A stretch of 64,000 nucleotides of DNA, taken from the NCBI GenBank assembly GCA_963977015.1, contig CAXBMO010000002.1, positions 96,001 through 160,000 on the forward strand, in the 5' to 3' direction. The notes beneath the pieces are model-generated. The model saw only the letters and a list, made by a program, of their open reading frames with translations, searched no databases and had not been told where the DNA came from. The DNA comes from an uncultured bacterium (GTDB lineage Bacteria; Verrucomicrobiota; Verrucomicrobiia; Verrucomicrobiales; DEV007). How positions within the stretch are numbered: the first letter of the stretch is position 1; each line of letters starts with the position of its first letter. Made by a program: the position numbers and the translations under genes. Shown here one piece after another: positions 57,791 through 64,000 of this stretch.

Positions 57791-59076
57791 TCCACCGTTC
57801 CCTGGGCGGAAAACGCATCGCCAATCCGCTCCAGCGCATGCGCGTAGGCTGCCGTTCGCATGTCGATCCCGTGTTCCTGGCTCCGGTGGTAAACCGCGCG
57901 AAACTCGTCCTGCATCTTCGCCTTCAGCTTCTCGTTCACCTCTTCCTCGGTCCAATACCAGCCCGCCTTGTTCTGTACCCACTCAAAGTAGCTCACCGTC
58001 ACTCCGCCCGCGTTTGCCAGGATGTCGGGAATCACAAACGTCCCGTTTTTGTGAAGGGTCTCCCCGGCTTCGGAAGTGATGGGCCCGTTGGCCAACTCCA
58101 AAATGTTCTTTGCCCGCACCCGGCCCGCGTTTTTTGCGGTAATCACGTTCTCCAGCGCGGCCGGGATCAGGAGATCCACGTCCAGCTCCAGCAATTCCGC
58201 ATTGCTGATTTCCTCGGCGTCCAGCATCTCGCAAACGCCCTCCTTGCAATAGACCGCATCCAGGGTGCGACGGTTGTTTTTCGCATTGATCAGACTCTGA
58301 ACGTGAAACCCTTCCTCGCTGTAGATCCCGCCTTTTGAGTCGCTCACCGCAACGATCTTGTAGCCGTCGTTGTGCAGCAATCGCGCGACCGCCTGTCCCG
58401 CGTTGCCGAATCCCTGAATCGCCACCGTTACCTCGCGAGGATTCCAACTATGAATCGCCTCCATTTCCTTCAGGCAATAGTAGCCTCCCCTTCCCGTCGC
58501 CTCGCTGCGCCCCTGACTTCCTCCCAACGCAATCGGCTTTCCGGTGATCACCGCCGGGGTGTGGCGCCCGACCAGGTTGGAAAATTCATCCATCATCCAC
58601 CCCATGATCATCGCATTCGTATAAACATCAGGTGCGGGCACGTCGATCTCCGGCCCGATGAAATCCGCAATCCGCCGAATGAACCCGCGGCTCAACCGCT
58701 CCAGCTCCATGTTGGAGAGTTCCTTCGGGTTCACACAAATGCCCCCCTTCGCCCCTCCATACGGCAGATTCATCACCGCACACTTGCACGTCATCCAAAA
58801 CGCCAGCGCCTTCACCTCACTGATGTCCACATCCGGATGGTAGCGGATTCCCCCCTTGCCCGGGCCGCGCGTATCATCGTGCCGCACGCGATACCCCTTG
58901 AAAACCCGCATGGATCCGTCGTCCATCCGTACCGGCACGGACACCTCAATCACCATCTTGGGATGTTTCAGCCGTTCCAGGCCTTCTTCGTGGAGTTTCG
59001 TGTATTGAAAGGCGTGATCCAGGTTCTTAATGGCATCAGCAAAGACATCAGTGGTAGCAGGGGGATGGGAACTCAT
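57769..59076 (-). CDS. gdhA: Glu/Leu/Phe/Val dehydrogenase (glutamate dehydrogenase)
   Basis: GPGKGGIRY, MTCK, GGAKGG, DVPAPD, GFGNAG, ANGP, PDILANAGGVTVSYFEWVQN. Confidence 0.93.
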   Translation of the reverse strand: MSSHPPATTDVFADAIKNLDHAFQYTKLHEEGLERLKHPKMVIEVSVPVRMDDGSMRVFKGYRVRHDDTRGPGKGGIRYHPDVDISEVKALAFWMTCKCAVMNLPYGGAKGGICVNPKELSNMELERLSRGFIRRIADFIGPEIDVPAPDVYTNAMIMGWMMDEFSNLVGRHTPAVITGKPIALGGSQGRSEATGRGGYYCLKEMEAIHSWNPREVTVAIQGFGNAGQAVARLLHNDGYKIVAVSDSKGGIYSEEGFHVQSLINAKNNRRTLDAVYCKEGVCEMLDAEEISNAELLELDVDLLIPAALENVITAKNAGRVRAKNILELANGPITSEAGETLHKNGTFVIPDILANAGGVTVSYFEWVQNKAGWYWTEEEVNEKLKAKMQDEFRAVYHRSQEHGIDMRTAAYAHALERIGDAFSAQGTVDYFRSPN

Positions 59077-59120
59077 GGTAGGGGTTGGATTCTATCACTT
59101 CATAGACGCAACTTGGACGG

Positions 59121-59561
59121 TCAACTTTCGCCGATATCTTCATTCCACTCGTCCGGGTGGGCCGTAATGAAGGTTTGCATCAGCGCCTTGCACTCCGCGT
59201 TGTCGTTTCGCTCCAGGGTCACCCCCTTCTGCTCCAGCCAATCTTCCGCGCCCAGAAACGTCGTGCTTTCGCCGATCACCACCCTGGGAATGCCATAGAG
59301 CAGAATCGCGCCCGAGCACATCGGGCACGGGCTCAACGTCGTGTAAATCGTCGACTCCCGGTAGGTCTTTGCCGGCAATCGCCCGGCATTCTCCAGCGCA
59401 TCCATCTCCCCATGCAGCACGACGCTCCCGTTCTGCATCCGGCGATTATGGCCCCGGCCAATGATTTCGCCCTCGTGCACCAACACACTCCCGATGGGAA
59501 TCCCCCCTTCGTCGAGGCCCTTGCGCGCCTCCTCAATTGCGGCTTCAAGAAATTTGTCCAT
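59121..59561 (-). CDS. Cytosine deaminase-like nucleoside deaminase (CDA fold, yeast FCY1-like)
   Basis: EGGIPIGSVL, LHGEMDALENAGR, TTLSPCPMC, WNEDIGE. Confidence 0.9.
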   Translation of the reverse strand: MDKFLEAAIEEARKGLDEGGIPIGSVLVHEGEIIGRGHNRRMQNGSVVLHGEMDALENAGRLPAKTYRESTIYTTLSPCPMCSGAILLYGIPRVVIGESTTFLGAEDWLEQKGVTLERNDNAECKALMQTFITAHPDEWNEDIGES

Positions 59562-59592
59562 GCCACGTTCCTACCTGATTTCCCAAGCCGGC

Positions 59593-60124
59593 TCAATCAA
59601 AGATCAGGCTCTAGGGAAAAGTAGTCACGTGCGCGTTGGCCGATTGGCCTCCTGCCACTTCACGCGCTCGTCATGATGTTTCTCTTCGAGTCGTTTTAAA
59701 CGGCGACTTACAACCGAACGATTGACTGACAAGATTCCGATTCCAACAAACATAAGCGTAGGCCACACAAAGATAAATCTCGCACCTGCGGCAAAGAAAG
59801 CGGCCGCGATCAAGATTCCACCACCCAATATCAAAAATGGCATTAACAACGCACTAATCGGCGGGATCATCGCCTTCATTCGTTCATTTCGTTGTCGATT
59901 TTTTAAATCTAATTGCGTTTCCATGAATCACGATAATCTGCCCGAAATACGCCGTCAGATAATTGAAAGAATGCTTGTCTTTGTCCAGCACGAAATCGGG
60001 TGAGGGACGATCTTAGCGCAACAATAACAACGGCCCCACTCAGTGGTGGCTCGATACCGACGAAGAACCGAATTTCTCGCAAATGTGTGCACCGAACTCA
60101 CTCAATCAATCAAAGATCAGGCTC
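59593..60124. repeat. Perfect 19-bp direct repeat TCAATCAAAGATCAGGCTC at 59593-59611 and 60106-60124
   Basis: Identical 19-mers read directly from the sequence, bracketing a 494-bp AT-richer segment. Confidence 0.9.
59625..59924 (-). CDS. Small hypothetical membrane protein (two TM helices)
   Basis: 99-aa ATG ORF with two hydrophobic segments and basic flanks; lies inside the direct repeats. Confidence 0.6.
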   Translation of the reverse strand: METQLDLKNRQRNERMKAMIPPISALLMPFLILGGGILIAAAFFAAGARFIFVWPTLMFVGIGILSVNRSVVSRRLKRLEEKHHDERVKWQEANRPTRT

Positions 60125-60207
60125 CGTGCAAAAACACCGCGCCGGGAACGCGAACTTGCATTCTGCCGACGGCAAGCTTGTGTCCCTACCCAAATCCCTC
60201 TTACCGC

Positions 60208-61326
60208 ATGATCAAACCCCGCATTTTTCTCCTCACGCTTCTCCTCGCCACCACGTCCCCCCTTGTCGCCGCCCCAATCGACGTTTTCTTTGGCACCGGA
60301 AGCCGCGAGTCCAAGGGCATTTATCACGCCACCTTCGATCCTGAAAACGGCAAGCTTTCCGGCGCCGAACTTGCCGCGGAAATCAAGGGACCGGGATTCC
60401 TCGCCTGGCATCCCGATGGAACCAAAATTTACGCAGTTGCAGGGCTGGAAGGCGGCCCCGGCGTTGCCGGCTTTCACGTCAAACCCGAGGGAAAACTGGA
60501 GCAATTCACCAACAGCCCGATCGGCGATGGCGGCGGAGCGCATATCTCGGTGCATCCCTCCGGAAAATTCCTGCTCACCGCCCAATACGGAGGCGGTTCC
60601 GTCGCGTTCTTTCCAATCGATGCGGAGGGCAACTTGGGCGAAGCCGTGATTCATGAGCACGAAGGCGGCTCCAGGGTTGTCGATCGGCGCCAGGACTCGC
60701 CCCACCCCCACTGGTGCGGCTTCTCGCCGGACGGCAAGTTCAGCTTCACCCCGGACCTCGGCACCGACAACATCCACATCTACCAGGTCGCCCCCGACCA
60801 AAACGCGATCACCAAGCACGGTCTGGCCGCGAGTATCCCCGGCGGCGGCCCCCGGCACATGCGCTTTTCGGCAGACGGAAAGTTCATCTACCTGCTCAAC
60901 GAGCTGACCCTCTCCGTCACCACCTTTGCTTACGATGCCGCAACCGGCACCGCCAAGGCTCTCACCACCACCCCCGCCCTGGCCGATGAGGTCAAAGCGA
61001 AGGAAGGCTTTAACTCGGCAGCTGAGATCCTGATTCACCCGAACGGCAAGTTCGTCTGGTCCTCCAATCGCGGGAACGACAGCATTACCTGCTATCGCGC
61101 CGATCCGGCCACCGGGCAGCTGACGGTGACGGAAGTCGAGCCCATTCGCGGAGCCTGGCCCCGCAACATCAACATCGACCCGACCTCTCAATGGATTCTC
61201 GCCGCTGGTGCGAATTCAAACACCGTATCCGTTCACAAAATCGACCAGGAGACGGGCGAACTCACCTACCAAACACGCAGCATCATCAACGTCCCCGGTC
61301 CCATCTGCATCCTCTTTGGGAAGTAG
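60208..61326 (+). CDS. Exported lactonase family beta-propeller (6-phosphogluconolactonase/Pgl-like)
   Basis: Signal peptide; AQYGGGSV, RQDSPHPH, DLGTD, GGGPRH, NEL, SNRGNDSI, WPRN. Confidence 0.9.
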   Translation: MIKPRIFLLTLLLATTSPLVAAPIDVFFGTGSRESKGIYHATFDPENGKLSGAELAAEIKGPGFLAWHPDGTKIYAVAGLEGGPGVAGFHVKPEGKLEQFTNSPIGDGGGAHISVHPSGKFLLTAQYGGGSVAFFPIDAEGNLGEAVIHEHEGGSRVVDRRQDSPHPHWCGFSPDGKFSFTPDLGTDNIHIYQVAPDQNAITKHGLAASIPGGGPRHMRFSADGKFIYLLNELTLSVTTFAYDAATGTAKALTTTPALADEVKAKEGFNSAAEILIHPNGKFVWSSNRGNDSITCYRADPATGQLTVTEVEPIRGAWPRNINIDPTSQWILAAGANSNTVSVHKIDQETGELTYQTRSIINVPGPICILFGK

Positions 61327-61442
61327 ATCCGGGAAGGAGGGGTTCGGCGACAAGCGGAGTGTTCCTCATTAACGGCGATGACAGTGCAGCAGCGCTCTCC
61401 AGTTCGCTTGACGCCATTGCGAGTGCCTTCTAACCTCTGCCC

Positions 61443-62201
61443 ATGATGATGAAGCCCCTTTTTGCTGTTCTCATTTCTGTCGCGTTTTTGTCTTCCGTTC
61501 AGGCGGATGACAAAAAGCTGTATGCCGGTGAGCCGATCCAGGCGCTGCTGATTACGGGCGGGTGCTGCCACAATTACATCTTTCAGGCGACGACGCTGTT
61601 GAAGGGCGCTTCCGAGAGGGCGGAAATCGAGTGGGCGGTGGTGAATGAGGGCGGAACGGGCACGTCGGCGATGATCGACCTCTACAAGGATCCGGATTGG
61701 GCCAAGGACTATGACGTGGTGATCCACAATGAGTGTTTCGCGAATACGAAGGATCCGGACTACATCCGCAAGATTACGGAGGCGCACAAGGCGGGCGTGC
61801 CGGCGGTGGTGATTCACTGTGCGATGCACACCTATCGGGCGGCGGAGATTGATGATTGGCGCCAGTTTTTGGGGGTGACGAGCCGCAGACACGATCACAA
61901 GTCGGAGTATCCAGTGAAGATCGTGGAGCCAGAGCATCCGGCAATGGTGGGGTTCAAGACCGATTGGGTGACGCCGAGCGACGAGCTTTACATCATCGAG
62001 AAGCTGTGGCCGGGCGCGACGACGCTGGCGACTTCGGTCAGCGAGAAGGACGGGAAGGCGCATCCCGTCGTCTGGGTGAACGATTATGAGGGCACGCGGG
62101 TGTTTGGAACGACCTACGGGCATTCCGACGACACGTTTCGCGATCCGGTGTTTATCGATCTGCTGACGCGCGGAATCGTGTGGGCGGCGGGAAAGATGTA
62201 A
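61443..62201 (+). CDS. Exported ThuA-like domain protein
   Basis: Signal peptide; LITGGCCHNY, VVIHCAMH, DELY, HPVVW...RVFGTTYGH. Confidence 0.85.
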   Translation: MMMKPLFAVLISVAFLSSVQADDKKLYAGEPIQALLITGGCCHNYIFQATTLLKGASERAEIEWAVVNEGGTGTSAMIDLYKDPDWAKDYDVVIHNECFANTKDPDYIRKITEAHKAGVPAVVIHCAMHTYRAAEIDDWRQFLGVTSRRHDHKSEYPVKIVEPEHPAMVGFKTDWVTPSDELYIIEKLWPGATTLATSVSEKDGKAHPVVWVNDYEGTRVFGTTYGHSDDTFRDPVFIDLLTRGIVWAAGKM

Positions 62202-62231
62202 GGTGCGAATCCCCGCACCGGGGAAGGACGT

Positions 62232-62255
62232 AGTGAGGATGACTCACTTTTCTTT
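62232..62255 (+). terminator. Possible weak intrinsic terminator
   Basis: AGTGAG-GATGA-CTCACT followed by TTTCTTT, 30 bp after the ThuA stop. Confidence 0.35.
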
Positions 62256-62291
62256 CGACATTCGCCGTTGGCTCGATAGGAATTCTGCACC

Positions 62292-63368
62292 ATGTCCCAC
62301 GTAAAACTTTTCATTCCCGGCCCGGTCGAGATTTCGCCGGAGACCTACGAAGCCATTTGCACGCCGATGATCGGGCATCGCGGCAAGGAATTTCAGGAGC
62401 TGTACGGCGAGATTCAGCCGAAGTTGCAGAAACTGTTCATGACGGAACAGCCGGTGTATTTGAGCACGTCATCGGCTTGGGGAATCATGGAAGGCGCGGT
62501 TCGCAACACGGTGAAGAAGAAGGTGCTGAACTGCTGCGGCGGCGCGTTTTCCGACAAATGGTTCGATGTGTCGAAGCGTTGCGGCAAGGAGGCGGAGGCG
62601 CTGCAGGTGGAATGGGGCGAGCAGATTCGCCCGGAAGACGTCGATGCGAAGCTGGCGACGGGCGAATTTGATGTGGTGACGTTGATCCACAATGAGACGT
62701 CGACCGGGGTGATGAATCCGCTCAAGGAGATCGCGGCAGTCGTGCGCAAGTATGACGATGTCATTTTGATTGTCGATTCGGTGTCGTCGTTCTCGGTCGT
62801 GCCGATCCCGTTTGATGAACTCGGAATCGACGTGCTGCTGACCGGCAGCCAGAAGGCGTTGGCGTTGCCCCCCGGGTTGGCGTTGTTCGCGCTTTCGGAG
62901 CGGGCGATCGAACGGGCGAAGACGTTGCCGGATCGTGGCTACTACTTCGACTTCATCGAGTTCCAGAAAAATCAGGAGAAGGACATGACGCCGAGCACTC
63001 CCTGCATCCACACGATCTTTGGCCTGCGCCAGAAGGTGAACGAGATCGAGGCGGAGGGCATCGAGAATCGCTATGCGCGACACGAGAAGCTGAACAACCT
63101 GGCCCACGATTGGGTGCGGGCGAATGGGTTCGAGTTCTTCGCGCCGGAAGGATTTCGCTCAAAATCGTTAACTTGTGTGGCGAACAACCGACAAATCGAC
63201 GTGGCCAAGCTTCAAAAACTGATGCGCGAGAATCACTCCATCGCCCTTGATGGTGGATACGGAAAAATCAAGGGACCGACCTTCCGGATCTCCAACATGG
63301 GGAACGAAACGGAAGCAACGATGAACGAGCTGTTCGCGGCGCTCGACGACAGCCTGGCCAAACTCTAG
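62292..63368 (+). CDS. Class V PLP-dependent aminotransferase (alanine--glyoxylate/serine--pyruvate type)
   Basis: FIPGP, IGHRG, HNETSTGV, DSVSS, GSQKALALPPG, FRISNMG. Confidence 0.93.
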   Translation: MSHVKLFIPGPVEISPETYEAICTPMIGHRGKEFQELYGEIQPKLQKLFMTEQPVYLSTSSAWGIMEGAVRNTVKKKVLNCCGGAFSDKWFDVSKRCGKEAEALQVEWGEQIRPEDVDAKLATGEFDVVTLIHNETSTGVMNPLKEIAAVVRKYDDVILIVDSVSSFSVVPIPFDELGIDVLLTGSQKALALPPGLALFALSERAIERAKTLPDRGYYFDFIEFQKNQEKDMTPSTPCIHTIFGLRQKVNEIEAEGIENRYARHEKLNNLAHDWVRANGFEFFAPEGFRSKSLTCVANNRQIDVAKLQKLMRENHSIALDGGYGKIKGPTFRISNMGNETEATMNELFAALDDSLAKL

Positions 63369-63572
63369 GGTGCGATTGAAAAATGAGATGGACGCGCAAT
63401 TGATTTAATTTCGGGTATAAATGGCTTCGCTAATTTTGAGATGCGGCGCTTTTTCCGGCTGGAATTGCTGTTCGGGGCTTTGTGAGGAAGCTCATCTCCG
63501 CCCCGAGCCATCAATTCCAGCCAAAAAAATCGCTCGCAGCTCGCCTCACCTCATTTTACAAACTCACCCTAG
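63365..63572. mobile_element. MITE-like non-autonomous palindromic element (~208 bp) bounded by CTAG
   Basis: Left end CTAGGGTGCGATTGAAAAATGAGATG versus reverse complement of right end CTAGGGTGAGTTTGTAAAATGAGGTG (22/26 identical); internal long hairpin GGCTGGAATTG/CAATTCCAGCC plus TCGGGGC/GCCCCGA; no ORF. Confidence 0.65.
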
Positions 63573-63583
63573 GACTCGACCTC

Positions 63584-64000
63584 ATGAATAATTACCGCTG
63601 GGAAACCACGTTCTCGAATCTCTTCCATCGCTGCCTCGACCGCTACCAAGGCGGGGACGCAGACTACACCGGGTATTACTCCGATGAGGACTCTGCGTTT
63701 CTCACGTCGATCGGTTACAAGCCTCGCGAGTTCTTCGATTTTGTGGAGGACTATGCTGATGGTGATGATCCCTCCCCCACCACAGCCGTGATGATCGCGG
63801 CTGCCCGGCGCGACTATCTCCACACGATAATGGACGGGAAACTGAGCGATCACGAAATCAAACCGAACGAGCTTCCCGGCAAGGGGGAAGACCTCGGCGG
63901 CATTCGCTGGTTGCCCCGCATCATCCGGAAAGCCGAAGGCAAACTGCGCGGCGAACTGGATCCGGACATCATGTATTGCTGTGGAGGCGATCGTGGGTTC
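63584..64000 (+). CDS. DUF5069-like protein, truncated by the window end
   Basis: Manual translation MNNYRWETTF...REFFDFVED...AARRDY...LGGIRWLPRIIRKAEGKLRGELDPDIMYCCGGDRGF; open to the edge and absent from the ORF track. Confidence 0.75.
   Translation, partial: MNNYRWETTFSNLFHRCLDRYQGGDADYTGYYSDEDSAFLTSIGYKPREFFDFVEDYADGDDPSPTTAVMIAAARRDYLHTIMDGKLSDHEIKPNELPGKGEDLGGIRWLPRIIRKAEGKLRGELDPDIMYCCGGDRGF

Noticed and set aside
1-64000. CRISPR array, prophage, integrase, transposase, rRNA, reverse transcriptase
   Set aside because: No regularly spaced repeats or diagnostic motifs were found by eye on either strand; short or degenerate cases could have been missed.

Overview
Gene-dense (~55 CDS), moderately GC-rich bacterial chromosomal segment. 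The gene content (Amuc_1098-like secretin with DPF/Gly linker, SHD1-PQQ propeller, PmoA-like, ThuA-like and DUF5069-like proteins) suggests a PVC-superphylum organism, most likely Verrucomicrobia; this is inference, not a database result. Housekeeping genes include cysS, mutL, upp, pgsA, moaE, gdh, two tatA and tRNA-Leu(TAG). No CRISPR array, rRNA, integrase or transposase was seen. Main observations from reading the sequence: (1) a minus-strand MBL-fold nuclease fused to an ATP-dependent DNA ligase (<1..1930), missed by the ORF track, with a 1-nt frameshift exactly at the HxHxDH motif; (2) a class A PBP with intact glycosyltransferase motifs but degenerate transpeptidase motifs (SxxK to TxxT, SxN to GxN); (3) a co-oriented envelope cluster of ECF sigma, VWA-less YfbK-like anti-sigma candidate, S10 peptidase, pseudo-amidase, secretin and AsmA-like protein; (4) a TolB-like / amidase-2x golvesin / TPR three-gene cassette; (5) a TIR-TM-TPR receptor-like protein behind a DnaA-box-containing spacer; (6) a ~0.5-kb AT-rich insert between perfect 19-bp direct repeats; (7) a ~208-bp MITE-like element bounded by CTAG. 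All family assignments come from motif recognition by eye; several start codons were moved relative to the ORF track.
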